A stretch of DNA of 60,994 nucleotides, counting the filler, from Basidiobolus meristosporus CBS 931.73 (lineage: Eukaryota > Fungi > Basidiobolomycota), in assembly GCA_002104905.1 (NCBI GenBank). It is 4 parts of 4 records of this genome, joined end to end, with 100 filler letters (N's around TTAATTAATTAA, not from the genome) between each part and the next. Parts side by side here need not be neighbours in the genome. Positions count along the whole stretch, not along the records: positions 23,417 to 36,456 come from MCFE01001215.1; 3 more parts are not named here. One strand, given 5' to 3'. Made by a program: the position numbers and the translations under genes. The notes under the pieces were generated by a model, which saw only the letters and a list, made by a program, of their open reading frames with translations, made no database searches and was not told the origin of the DNA. Positions 23,417 to 36,556 of this stretch are shown here, piece by piece. The stretch's first letter is position 1, and each line of letters starts with the position of its first letter.

Positions 23417-23918
23417 AGAGACACAGGCTTTCCTTATTAGACTTAGTCATCTAAACTAAACTTTCATGCATTTGTGTGACCTTTGTAAACATAATGACAG
23501 CAGTGCCTTATAGTTGACTCTGAAAAGTCATACAGAAGGCCTGTGGTCTCTTTGGCATGCCTAAAAGCTTGATCATCTCTTGTAAGTCCGCTCACTCAGA
23601 ATCAGTGAATGCTGGTACAGTGTATTTGTATGGTGCCTAAACCATAATAAATTCCTGCTTAGTCAAGGAGACAGTAACAGCTGGATCAAAGCTTAGGTCC
23701 ATAGGGTATCAGTCAAATATTTGATGTAACTGAAGTCTTCAGAATTGTTGCAAGCTTCAGGCTGATTCAAGTTGGCTCATGTGAAGCACAATTTTCTGGG
23801 TTCCACCTCACCACTTTGTCATCAGTAGTAATTTGGATGCAAACTGCATATTTACAACCACATGTCTTGGTGTGTGTAGAGGATTCACAATATACTGCTA
23901 TAAGCCTTGTATTACATT

Positions 23919-24260
23919 TGTTGAAAGAATTTTGGAGGTATAAGAAGGGATGAGGAAACAATAGACTCTATGGTTTTTTGTTCAATAATATATTTATGCT
24001 AAGGTGGAGTTTGTGCTTTTACATAGTTTTGGCAAAACAAACACATAAAAGATATTTGGAAAAATTTGATGAGCATGTGCCAAAAGTTTGGGGCTCCTTG
24101 GACAGCATAAAAAATTCTGGCCAAATTTCTTGTTAGGACTGTTGGAATATTTCACCAAAATATCAGGTACCCAGGAAATGAAGAATCTCAAAGATCTGCA
24201 GGTCAGGATCCAAGTGACTAAGCTAATGAACTCCTTGGTGTAACTATAAAGCTGACAGTA
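23919..24260 (-). repeat. Diverged family-1 solo LTR with an inverted internal core
   Basis: Outer parts match the minus-strand LTR; 24111-24190 matches the plus-strand LTR core. Confidence 0.75.
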
Positions 24261-25094
24261 ATATCTGCTTAGTCACTGATATCATGGCCTTTTATTATTT
24301 CAATACTTGCCCAAAATCCTAACAGAGTTAGAGGAAACAGTTTACTGCGATCTCATGTATACAGGATAAAAATCTTGCAATATTCTGAGGAGTATTTGCA
24401 AATGTTGTGGAGAACTAGAGGATTTTTATGTTATTTACTTATATACTCTTGATACAGTAAGACAAATATGTTGTAAAAATTTGTAATTCCACCTAAATAT
24501 TCACCTAACTTAATCACTTAGATCATTACCTTTAAATCCTAGGTAATACTGATCAAATTCCTTGTCAGGATTTACTTAGAATATTTACCCTGGACATAAA
24601 AAATTAGACAAGTTGTCCAAACAGCCCCAAACTTTGCACACATGCTCTTGGGACCTTCCTTAACATATTCTACATGTTTGTAATGCCAAGATCATGTAAA
24701 AGTATAAATACTACTTTTACATTCAATAACTCATTAAGTGAAAATTGTGGTAAAAATTTGTATTTCCACCTAAATATTCACCTAACTTTGTCACTTAGAT
24801 CATCACCTTCAAATCCTAGAGAATACTGACCAAATTCCTTGTTAGGATTTACTTAGAATATTTTCACCAAAATACCAGGTACCCAGAACATGAAAATTCT
24901 CAAAGTTGTCCAAACAGCCCCAAACTTTGCACACATGTTCTTGGGACCTTCCTTAACCTATTCTACGTGTTTGTAATGCCAAGACCAGGTAAAAGTATAA
25001 ATACTACTTTTACATTCAATAAATCATTAAGTGAAAACCACATAATCTACTTGTTCTCCAAATCACTTCCAATATCTCCAAGACTCTTACAACA

Positions 25095-25106
25095 GGTTAT
25101 GAGCCC
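25095..25106 (+). promoter_or_regulatory. Primer-binding site complementary to the tRNAiMet anticodon arm (half-tRNA priming)
   Basis: GGTTATGAGCCC is the reverse complement of GGGCUCAUAACC; same PBS class as Drosophila copia and yeast Ty5. Confidence 0.85.
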
Positions 25107-25125
25107 CAAGCTGTCACTCTCTGCA

Positions 25126-28100
25126 ATGTCTACTACTGCTATTACTGGAATTTTTCCCTCTGCTGAAAAGTTGGATGGATCTAACTGCCAAGTGTGGAAG
25201 GTGAAGATGAAGATGCTGCTACAAGAAAGAGGCCTTTGGGATATTGTCATGGGAGAAGAATGCCCTCCTAAAAATGTGGGAGAGGAAGCCTTAAAGTACC
25301 AGAAGAAAGAACAAAGTGCCTTTAACTGCATTTGCCTTAATGTCAAGGACAAATTGCTAATTCAATGCTCAAGAGCAAAAATGGCAAAGAATGCCTGGAA
25401 AGCATTAGAAGACACCTACCAGTCATGTTCAGCTGCCAAGAAAATGTATCTGAGACAAATATTCTTTACTACAAAGATGCTGCCAGGCGAAGAAATGAAA
25501 ATTCTAATTAACAGAATTACCCTGCTGGTAGATGAGATAGAATCTGTGGGCATACCAACTACTGATGAGGATGTGATAGTTACCATCCTGAATAGCCTGA
25601 CAGACAAGTTTCAGGGCCTTGTATCAGCCCTAGAGTCCAGAACTGAAGATTTGACCTTAAATTATATATATGGAAGGCTCCTGGATGAAGAATTAAGAAA
25701 ATCAAGCACCAATAAGAAGGAAGAAGAAAATGCTTTAATAAGCAATGATAACCAACAAAGGAGGTACCCAAGACCCTACAAAGGCAACAGCAACCTGTTT
25801 TGTGACTACTGCAAAAGGAAAGGACACACATCAGACCGGTGTCTCAAAAAGAAAGATAATCAGCAAAAGAAGCCTGAATATGGAGATGCTGCAACAACTG
25901 AAGATAGACTATTCAAATCTGCACTAACTATGACCACAAGCAAGGATTCTCAGGCATGGTATATTGACTCTGGAGCATCTCAACACTTTACACACCAAAA
26001 AGAACTTTTTACCCAATATCAAGAAATTCCAATTAAGAAGGTTTTCATGGGTGATGATAGAACACTTGATGCAGTGGGAGAAGGAACTATCCAAGTAAAC
26101 CTTAGAAGCAGTGAAGGAAGCCATACACTGACCTTTAAAGAAGTACTCTATGTATCAGAAATAGCCAAGAACCTACCCTCTGTAAGCAAGGCCACAGCAG
26201 AAGGACTCAGTTTCAGTTTTGACAATTCTGGATGCAGGATCACTGATTATAATGGTGCCAATATTGCTTTGGGCATCAGAGATCAAAATCTATACAAGTT
26301 GACTTATATTCCATCATATCTGGAAGCCAATATGAGTAACTTAAATGAAGAAACACCATTGCTTTGGCACAGGAGATTTGGACACATCAATTTTGATCAT
26401 TTGCGCAAAATGATCAAAGATCAGCTAATTTCTGGGGTGAAAATTGATCCCCCAGCTAATTTGGAGCACTGTGAAGCCTGCATATATGGGAAACAAGCCA
26501 GACAAGCGTTCAAGAGCACTGGGTTAATCAAAACTAAGAAAAAATTAGATCTAATTCACTCAGATCTGTGTGGACCTATGCAAAATTTATCCTTATGCAG
26601 GATGAAGTATTTAATCACTTTTAGTGATGATTATACAAGATACACATGGGTCTACTTCATGGAGAGAAAGGAAGAAGCTCTGTCTATGCTCAGGGAGTTT
26701 AAAGCCATGGTGGAGAGAGAAACTGGTGAAAAAATCAAGAAAATACGCTCTGACAATGATGGAGAATATACCTCAAAATTCTTCATTCACTTCTGCAAAA
26801 TTCATGGGATAAAGCAAGAGACTACTGTACCATACTCCCCACAGCAAAATGGAGTAGCAGAACCAGCTAACAGATCAATAATTGATATGGCAAGATCTAT
26901 GATCCATGATCAAAAATTATCCTATGATTTTTGGGCGGAATCAGTTGCCACTGCTGTATACCATAAAAATAGGAGTTTTAACAGAATACTTTGTGATTCT
27001 ACTCCATTAGAAGCATGGTATGGATACAGACCAAGTGCAGATAATCTAAGAATATTTGGGTGTACAGCATATGCCAAAAAACTGGCCGGAAATCAATCAA
27101 AATTTGAGCCAAAAAGTGTAAAATGCATATTTTTGGGCTACTGCAATGAGAGTAAGGCATACAGACTCTACAATACCAAAGCAAAGAAGCTGATCAAGTC
27201 CAGGGATGTGTTGTTTAATGAAAATTCAAAATTTTCACAAACAATGACATCAGATGATGACAAAAATTTGATCTTAAGTCCACCAATTGTCAGGATTGAA
27301 TCAGAGCAAAACAATGAAATTTTTTCACTCCAGAGGACTCTACAACTATGGTTCAGCCAGAATCAGTGCCCAGGAATATCCCAGAAGTGATCATTCCATT
27401 ATCAAATGCCTGGATATCCAATCAGACAAGAAATAGCCCAAATTACTATATTTATGAGGGTACAAACTTAGCCTATGCCTATTCAGTCTATATTGATGAA
27501 CCCCAGACTGTAAAAGAGGCCCTAAATAGCCCTCAGACAAAGTTTTGGAGATATGCAATGACTGAGGAATATCAGGCCCTGATGGAAAATCAAATTTGGG
27601 ACTTAGTCAAATTACCAATCAACCAAAAATCAATTGGATGCAGATGGGTCTTCAAGACAAAGTACCAGGCTGATGGTACAATTGAAAGATATAAAGCAAG
27701 ACTTGTAGCCAAAGGATACTCTCAAACAAAAGGACTTGACTATACTGAGACCTTTGCACCAGTAGCCAAGTTTAATTCCATCAGACTAATATTGGCTATT
27801 GCAGCCAAATATAAGTTTTTTATTCATCAAATGGATGTAAAAACTGCATTTTTGAATGGAGAACTTGATGAGGATGTGTATATGGACCAGCCTGATGGGT
27901 TTGTTGACCAAGATAACCCCCATTTGGTCTGCAAGCTTAAAAAGTCACTATATGGTCTCAAACAATCACTGAGAGCCTGGAATTGCAAGATAGATTCTTA
28001 TTTGGAATCTTTGAGTTTCAAAAGGAGTAATGCTGACTATAGTATGTACAATAAGCCAGATAGAGCAAATCCAGTTCTATTAGCTCTATATGTGGATGAT

Positions 28101-29069
28101 CTTATTATAGCCACCAATAACCTAGAAACATTGGAAGAGACTAAATCCAGCCTATCTAAGGAGTTCAAGATGTCCAATCTAGGAGAACTTAGTTACTACT
28201 TAGGGATTAAGTTCTCCATAGACAGAAGTACCCAGACTATTACCCTAAGCCAATCCAAGTATATTCAAGATATACTAAAGAAGTACTAAATGGAAGACTG
28301 TAAACTGGCAGCTACCCTAATGGAGACAAGCCTTGACTTGGTCAAAACGCAACCAAATCAAGAGAGCTTGGTGCCATCTAAAAGCCCTGACTTTCCTTAT
28401 CAATCTATAGTTGGCAGTCTGATGTATATTATACTTAGAACATGTCCAGATATCTCATATTCAGTGGGAGTTGTCAGCCAACATAATCAGAATTATGGAT
28501 CTGATCATATTGCAGCAGTTAAGTGGATTTTTAGATACCTAAAAGGAACTGCTGATATCTGCTTAAGATACACTTATAAGGATTCAGAACAGGATCTTGT
28601 GGGATACTCTGATGCTGATTGGGGACGAAATTTGGAAGACAGAAGATCCACCACAGGATACACCTTTCTTCACTGTAAAGGAGCCATTTCATGGAATTCA
28701 AGAAAGCAACCAACCGTAGCACTTTCCACCACAGAGGCAGAGTATATGGCAGCCTGTGAAGCTACAAAAGAAGTAATGTGGTTAAGAAAGCTGTTTACAG
28801 ATTTAGGCCTATGTCAAAAAAAGCCTATTACTTTATTTCAAGATAATTAAGGATGTATACAATTAGGTAGAAATCCAACTTTTCATGCTAGAACCAAGCA
28901 CATAGATATTAGACATCATTTCATACAAGAAGCTATAGAGAATAACTTAGTTAGCTTAGTTTACTGTCCTACATATGAAATGATTGCAGACATATTTACC
29001 AAACCATTAGCTAGAGACAAGTTTGAATATCTTAGGTCAAAATTAGAACTAGTCAGTATGAACATTTAG
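25126..29069 (+). pseudogene. Copia gag-pol polyprotein of copy A (1 frameshift, 2 premature stops)
   Basis: CCHC knuckle CDYCKRKGHTSDRC; protease WYIDSGASQH; LWHRRFGH; integrase HSDLCGP/RSDNDGEY/NGVAE; RT YVDD; RNase H YSDADWG; frameshift at about 27320; TAA at 28287 and 28848. Confidence 0.95.
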
Positions 29070-29080
29070 CTGAGTGGGAG
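29068..29080 (+). promoter_or_regulatory. Polypurine tract of copy A
   Basis: agctgagtgggag immediately before the 3' LTR TGTTG. Confidence 0.8.
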
Positions 29081-30020
29081 TGTTGTAAAAATTTGTATTT
29101 CCACCTAAATATTCACCTAACTTAGTCACTTAGATCATTACCCTTAAATCCTAGAGAATACTGACCAAATTCCTTGTTGGGATTTACTTAGAATATTATC
29201 AACAAAATACCAGGTACCCAGAACATGAAAATTCTCAAAGTTGTCCAAACAGCCCCAAACTTTGCACACATGTTCTTGAGACCTTCCTTAACCTATTTTA
29301 CGTGTTTGTAATGCCAAGACCAGGTAAAAGTATAAATGCTACTTTTACATTCAATAAATCATTAAGTGAAAACCACATAATCTACTTGTTCTCCAAATCA
29401 CTTCCAATATCTCCAAGACTCTTACAACAAAAATCACATCTTTTACATGTTCTCCCAATCACTTCCAATATCTTCAAGACTCTTACAACAAGTTATAAGC
29501 CCCAAGCTGTCACTCTCTGCAATGTTTACTACTGCTATCACTGGAATTTCTCCCTCTGCTGAAAAGTTGGATGGATCTAACTACCAAGTGTGGAAGGTGA
29601 AGATGAAGATGCTGCTACAAGAAAGAGGCCTTTGGAATATTGTCATGGGAGAAGAATTCCCTCCTAAGAACATGGGAGAGGAAGCCTTAAAGCACCAGAA
29701 GAAAGAACAAAGTGCCTTTAACTGCATTTGCCTTCATGTTTAAGATAGTTTGCTAATTCAATGCTCAAGAGCAAAAACAGCAAAGAATGCCTAGAAGGCA
29801 TTAGAAGACACCTACCAGTCATGTTCAGCTGCTAAAAAAGTGTATCTTAAACAAAAATTCCTTACCACAAAGATGCTGCCAGGAGAAGAAATGAAAAATC
29901 TGTTAACAGAATAACCCTGCTGGTGGATGAGATGGAATCTGTAGCCATACCAACTACTGATGCAGATGTGATAGTCACCATCCTGAATGGCCTGACAGAC
30001 AAGTGTCAGGGCCTTGTATC

Positions 30021-30368
30021 TGTTGTAAAATTTGTAATTCCACCTAAATATTCACCTAACTTAGTCACTTAGATCATTACCCTTAAATCCTAGAGAATAC
30101 TGACCAAATTCCTTGTCGGGATTTACTTAGAATATTTTCACCAAAATACCATGTACCCAGAACATGAAAATTCTCAAAGTTGTCCAAACAGCCCCAAACT
30201 TTGCACACATGTTCTTGGGACCTTCCTTAACCTATTCTACGTGTTTGTAATGCTAAGACCAGGTAAAAGTATAAATACTACTTTTACATTCAATAAATTA
30301 TTAAGTGAAAACCACATAATCTACTTGTCCTCCCAATCACTTCCAATATCTCCAAGACTCTTACAACA
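30021..30368 (+). repeat. Family-1 solo LTR inside copy B, without a TSD
   Basis: TGTTG...ACAACA, 348 bp; flanks gtatc and aatag differ; host sequence jumps about 430 bp relative to copy A. Confidence 0.92.
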
Positions 30369-33316
30369 AATAGAACACTTGATGCAGTGGGAGAAGGAAA
30401 TATCCAAGTAAACCTTAGAAGCAGTGAAGGAAGCCATACACTGACCTTTAAAGAAGTACTCTATGTACCAGAAATAGCCAAGAACCTTCTCTCTGTAATC
30501 AAAGCCACAGCAGAAGGACTCAGTTTCAGCTTTGACAATTCTGGATGCAGGATCACTGATCAAAATGGTGCCCATATTGCTTTGGGCATCATAGATCAGA
30601 ATCTATACAAGTTGACTTATATTCCATCATATCTGGAAGCCAATATAAGTAACTTACATGAAGAAACACCAATGCTTTGGCACAGGAGATTTGGACACAT
30701 CAATTTTGATCATTTGCGCAAAATGATCAAAGATCAGCTAATTTCTGGAGTGAAAATTGATCCCCCAGCTAATTTGGAGCACTGTGAAGCCTGCATATAT
30801 GGGAAACAAGCCAGACAAGCGCTCAAGAGCTCTGGGTTAATCAAAAGTAAGAAAAATTAGATCTTTTTCACTCAGATCTGTGTAGACCTATGCAAAATTT
30901 ATCCTTAGGTGGGATGAAGTATTTAATCACTTTTATTGCTGATTGTACAAGATACACATGGGTCTACTTCATGAAGAGAAAGGAAGAAGCTCTGTCTAAG
31001 TTCAGGGAGCTTAAAGCCATGGTGGAGAGAGAAACTAGTGAAAAAATCAAGAAATTATGCTCTGACAATGGTGGAGAATACACCTCAAAACATTTCATTC
31101 ACTTCTGCAAAATTCATGGGGTAAAGCAAGAGACTACTGTACCATACTCCCCACAGCAAAATGGAGTAGCAGAATGTGCTAACAAATCAATAATTGATAT
31201 GGTAAGATCTATGGTCCATGATCAAAAATTATCTTATGACTTTTAGGCGGAATCAGTTGCCACTGCTATATATCTTAAAAATAGGAGTTATAGCAGAATA
31301 CTTTGCTATTCTATTCCATTTGAAGCATGGTATAGATACAGATCAAGTGCAGATCATCTAAGAATATTTGGGTGTACAGCATATGCCAAGAAACTGCCAG
31401 GAAATCAGTCAAAACTTGAGCCAAAAAGTGTAAAATGCATACTTTTGGGTTACTGCAATGAGAGTAAAGCATACAGACTCTACAATACCAAAGCAAAGAA
31501 GCTAATCAAGCCAAGGGATGTGTTATTTGATGAAAATTCAAAATTTTTGCAAAAAATGACATCAGATGATGACAAAAATCTGATCCCAAGTCCATCAATT
31601 ATCAGGATTAAATCAGAGCAAAACAATGAAATTTTTTCACTCCAGAGGACTCTACAACCATGGTTCAGCCAGAATCAGTGCCCAGGAATATCCCAGAAGT
31701 GATCATTCCAGTATTAAATGACTGGAGATCCAATCGGACAAGAAATAGCCCAAATCACTATATCAATGAGGGTACAAACTTAGCCTATTATACAGGATAC
31801 ACATGGGTCTACTTCACGGAGAGAAAGGAAGAAGCTCTGTCTAAGCTCAGGGAGTTTAATGCCATGGTGGAGAGAGAAACTGGTGAAAAAATCAAGAAAA
31901 TACGCTCTGACAATGATGGAGAATATACCTCAAAACTCTTCATTCACTTCTGCAAAATTCATGGGATAAAGCAAGAGACTACTGTACCATACTCCCCACA
32001 GCAAAATGGAGTAGCAGAACAAGATAACAGATCAGTAATTGATATGGCAAGATCTATGATCCATGATCAAAAATTATCCTATGATTTTTGGGCGGAATTA
32101 GTTGCCACTGCTATATATTTTAAAAATAGGAGTTATAGCAGAATAATTCATGACTCTACTCCATTTGGAGCATGGTATGGATACAGACCAAGTGCAGAAC
32201 ATCTAAGAATATTTGGATGTACAGCATATGCCAAAAAACAGTGTAGTGGGGTGACAGTGACACCAACTGACAGATGTGCTCATTCCCTTATTTTCTACTT
32301 CCCTATATCTCTACTACACTTATTTTAGTTTTATCCCATTTGTCTTACCCAATCAGTACTATCCCATAAGCCGGTTGACTATCACACCTGCTTACCTTAT
32401 TGCATAAGTTACCCCTCACTTTATGTAAGATTACTAGCTATAAGTACTTCTATATTAGGCAAGTACCCACGCCAGTACCCGTGACACATGATCAGCCCGT
32501 GTCACCATCCCTACCATTTCCATACCATATATGGTATCCCCATGTTACACAGGTTTCAGAATACTGATTCCTGATTGGTTGGATGTGCTGTGCCTCTTAG
32601 AACCTTCCGGCACCTACTTAGAACATTCTTAGGTCATTTTGATGTCATTAAGATTTCTATTGATCTCCGGAACCTTCTGGAACACCTTGATTAGTAATCA
32701 CTTAGCCAGTGAGAAAAGTATATAAGGGAGGCTATCCCTCAACAATAAATCATCATCCCTTTTATCAATATACCGACTTGTTGATTAGTGTGATCACTGC
32801 TACCTGCTGCTACCTGAACTTCCAACCCTAGACCACAGGACACTCCCAGGAAACCGCGCTGACAGCCAACTGACCTTGGAGGCACTACTTGTGAGGAATA
32901 CTCAGAGTAGGTATCTTTTATTATATTTGATTCTTTCCCAAGTTTGTTCTTGTACAGGCAAAGATACTTTTCTGTCTTTGTAACTATTGACCAAAGCTGC
33001 ATTCTTATCAAGTCCCTGCTGGTGGAGTTTACAGTTGTTTTGACTTTGGAAGCTTTAGTACATTGTCATCTCAAAGGACGCTGAACCCAGCACATACTTT
33101 TGTTAAGACGCCAACTAAGTTGGGGATTGTAGCTCAATAGTTTTCCCTTGACAAGCTTGTGGCTTTATTCCCCTTCACATTAGATTAGAGACAGAACCCA
33201 AGTATTCCTAGCAAGCTTTTGCCAGAGGTTATTGCACCCAGTGAACACCCCACACATAAAACACCTGAGAAGTGTTGGACGTATCTCTCCCTTGGACTTA
33301 TACACCACCACATATT

Positions 33317-33333
33317 TGGCACCCAACGTGGGG
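33317..33333 (+). promoter_or_regulatory. tRNA-Lys(CUU)-type primer-binding site
   Basis: TGGCACCCAACGTGGGG versus the canonical Lys1,2 PBS TGGCGCCCAACGTGGGG (one CG to CA change). Confidence 0.85.
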
Positions 33334-33453
33334 GGTTCATACAAGCTCCCTAGGACCCAACAAGATTTACCAGAAGATTTGAGCTATTTTCCACCTATTG
33401 AAAAGAGACTACTGTTATTACCAAGATTACAACACCAACATACCTGCCCAAAA

Positions 33454-36400
33454 ATGAACTCTATGCCATTACCACTCTCACATGGAGCCCCACAGTTTGA
33501 TGGAAAGAATGTGGACAGCTTCATATTCAAATGGGAGAAGCTCTGCAAGATGTGCAGCCTATCTGAACAAGAAATGGCTGAAGACTTCCCCTACTACTGC
33601 ACCAATGATATTACCACTAAGCTTCTCAGACAAGGAGACATTCTCACTGACTGGGCCTTAATGAAGACCTACCTACAGACCGAGTATGGTAGACCCCAGA
33701 TATACTATGGAATTGAAGACCTCAGGCACTTTGGAAGAACTGGACTTTCCAAGCTACCACTTGAAGAGTTCATTCAACAGTATGAAGATATGGCCAAGCC
33801 ACTCCTAGAGTCCCAGGCTATAACTGAGTTTACCATGACACTTTACCTTGCACAAGGGCTTCCCCAGGACTTGGCAAGGAAAGTTGACTTACATGCAGCC
33901 AAGGATGACAAGTCTGGCATTCCTTGCTTTGCAGAGATGAAACGTGTTCTCCTAGAGGCAAAGCAAACTTCTACCTTTATGAGACTCCTGACATCTAATC
34001 TGCCAGACCAGTCAACCAAGGAGCCAAGGAGTGCTGCTGCTGACAATCAGACCTACACTACCGACAGAATTGACCAACTTGCTGAACAGCTACAAAAGCT
34101 AGCCCTCAAGATTAATGGCTCAGCTGAGGTTGCTACTGAGGGACAAAGACCTTTGCCAAGGCACTGCATCTGGTGTGACTCTACTCAGCATGCCAGACAA
34201 GAATGCTCAGAGCTTAGTCAGCTACTCAGAGAAGGAGCAGTACAGTTTGATGCTGATGGAATGCTTGCTGACAAGGAAGGAAGAAGGATTCCCACTAATT
34301 TCCAAAGAGGAGGGATGAGAGCCCTTTTCCAGAAATCTGACTCAGCAACCAGAAAGATTACTGTTGATGCCCCTATTGGGACTCATAAAGTGAATCCAAG
34401 CAGCCCTGACAACAGACAATATGAAGTTGATGCCTTTGCTACCAAAAGACACCTCCCTGAAGAACCTGCCAAACCCATCCTTAGAAGACCACGATTTGAA
34501 GAACCTGAAGTTGTTATTGACAAGAGGCCTAGTATGCTGCCCACCCAAGATCCATTGCCTCACTTTCAGATGACCTCAAAGATAGCAAGCTACTCAAGCC
34601 CTCAACTGATCACTGAGAAGCTGCTGAAGCAGAACCTCACTTTGTCGGTTGGAGAAATCATGAGTGTATCCCCATCTGTTAGGAAGACCTTTGATGAGCA
34701 GCTTAGGACAAGACAACAAGCTGTTGAACATATGGACACCCATATAATTCAGACAAACCATGAAGACCACCAAAAAGACAACAACACTACAGAATATAAG
34801 ACCTTTTACTCAGTTGCAACTGCTGTGGTGAAAGGATATATATATGATGACCCTGTTGACTGCCATATTGACAGTGGCTCAGAGATTTGTGTTATGCCGC
34901 TAGACTTCTGGAAGACACTTAGAAGCAAGGAGCTACTGCCTGTTGATAGAGATATTGGATGGAACATGACTGATGCAAACTCAGGATCTAGTCCACTCTA
35001 CGGTGTAGTGCACAAGTTCCCTATTGAGGTACAAGGAATCAAGGTCTGGCTTCCCCTCTTCATCTGCCAGAAGGCAAACTTTGACCTTCTGCTAGGTAGA
35101 CCATGGGAAACCAGTACTAAGTCTACAACTACCAACTATTCCGATGGGTCAGTATGGTACACCATACAAGGATCCAATCCAGGACTACAGTCAACCTTCT
35201 GTGGTGTAACACCCAACAATAAGAGGACACATACTGCTTGCCAGAAGGCACATCTTGTTATGGAAGAAGGTGAAGAGCCTGACAATATACACTGCAACAT
35301 TTGGAGCTGCTCATTAGGTATACAGGAGCAAACAGCTATGGTTCGGACAAAATACAAGACAGTAGAACAGAAGATTAGACCATCACTTACCCCACTGACT
35401 GATGGATCTCGACCTGCTGATTACATTAGACCACCAGAAGAAACACCAGATGATATACGACTTACACCTGAGAGACTTAAGCAACTTATCATTGGTGATG
35501 GAAACCTAACACCAGAGGAGATACTATTATTCAAGGAGACCTTGAAAAGGCATGATAAGGTCTTCTCATATAATGACAAGGAGATGGAACTCTTAAAGAC
35601 ATCGGTTGAAAAACCCATCAAGATTCATACAGTGCCCCACACACCCTGGTCATTTAAGCCTTAACCACTGCCCAGAGGACTCCAAGCTGATGTGCATGAC
35701 CTACTTAAGAAGAAGATAGAAGCTGGTATCCTAGAACCTTGCCATGGACCCTATGCTAACAGATGGTTTGTGACCAAAAAGAAGAATGGAAAGCTCCGAT
35801 TCATTCAAGACATGCAACCTGCAAATGCTGTCACTATCAGAGATGCTGCTATACCTCCATCTATTGATGACTTTGCAGAAAGCTTTAGTGGCCACTCCAT
35901 CTACTCAACATATGATCTCTACTCAGGCTATGACCAGATCCCCCTTGATGAGACATCAAGAGATATGTTTGCACTACAGACACCATTTGGACTGCTAAGG
36001 ATGACAAGACTCAGTCAAGGGGCTACAAACTCCGTGGCTCAGTTCCAGAGATGCATGGTGAATGTGCTGTACCAGTTTATACCTGAGAAACTTGCTGTCT
36101 TTGTGGATGACATAGGCATCAAAGGATCAAAATTCCGGGACACCACTGAAGTTATGCCTGGAGTAAGAAAGTTTGTCTATGACCATATTGCAGACAATGA
36201 TGCCATATTAGGAGCCATTGAAGAAGCTGGACTCACCATCAGTGGTGAGAAAAGCAGCTTTGGTGTATCAGAGATATCCATTGTTGGACAAAAATGCAAC
36301 ACCTTTGGTCGTTCACCTGGAGACTCCAAGACACAAAAGATATGCAACTGGCCTACCCCCACAAATCTCACACAAGCTCGTGGCTTTGTGGCTGCTTGTG

Positions 36401-36456
36401 GGTTCTTTAGGATCTGGATCCCAAGATTTTCTGAGATAGCAGAACCAACTTACCGA
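33454..36456 (+). pseudogene. Gypsy gag-protease-RT polyprotein, one in-frame TAA at 35662
   Basis: gag PQFDGKNVDSF; CCHC CIWCDSTQHARQEC; protease HIDSGSEI; LLLGRPW; RT YDLYSGYDQI, QGATNS, FVDD. Confidence 0.92.
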
Positions 36457-36556
36457 NNNNNNNNNNNNNNNNNNNNNNNNNNNNNNNNNNNNNNNNNNNN
36501 TTAATTAATTAANNNNNNNNNNNNNNNNNNNNNNNNNNNNNNNNNNNNNNNNNNNN
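36457..36556. other. Scaffold gap 3
   Basis: N44-TTAATTAATTAA-N44. Confidence 0.97.

Larger units (their letters stand above)
24746..29429 (+). mobile_element. Near-complete Ty1/Copia LTR retrotransposon, copy A (4684 bp)
   Basis: LTRs 24746-25094 and 29081-29429 (349 bp, about 11 differences); 5-bp TSD AAAAT (24741-45, 29430-34); PBS and PPT present. Confidence 0.97.
24469..32241 (+). mobile_element. Copia family-1 copy B (host of nested insertions); 5' LTR split into 24469-24745 and 29435-29490; body 29491-32241
   Basis: The LTR halves rejoin across element A; PBS agttataagcccc at 29491; gag, protease and integrase fragments; interrupted by an LTR at 30021 and by Gypsy at 32242. Confidence 0.88.
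32242..36456 (+). mobile_element. Ty3/Gypsy LTR retrotransposon, 5' half (truncated by gap 3); 5' LTR at 32242-33312
   Basis: LTR ends tgtagtggggt...acaccaccaca form an imperfect inverted repeat; PBS follows; gag-pro-RT ORFs. Confidence 0.93.

Noticed and set aside
24967-25125. N-terminal extension MFVMPRPGKS... of the 807-aa ORF (also ORFs at 29302, 30151 and 41315)
   Set aside because: Chance open frame within the LTR; the real start is the ATG at 25126, after the PBS
28287-28850. RIP-like CpA to TpA mutation suggested by CAA to TAA stops
   Set aside because: Only about three cases; CA/TG dinucleotides are abundant, which fits CpG decay rather than RIP
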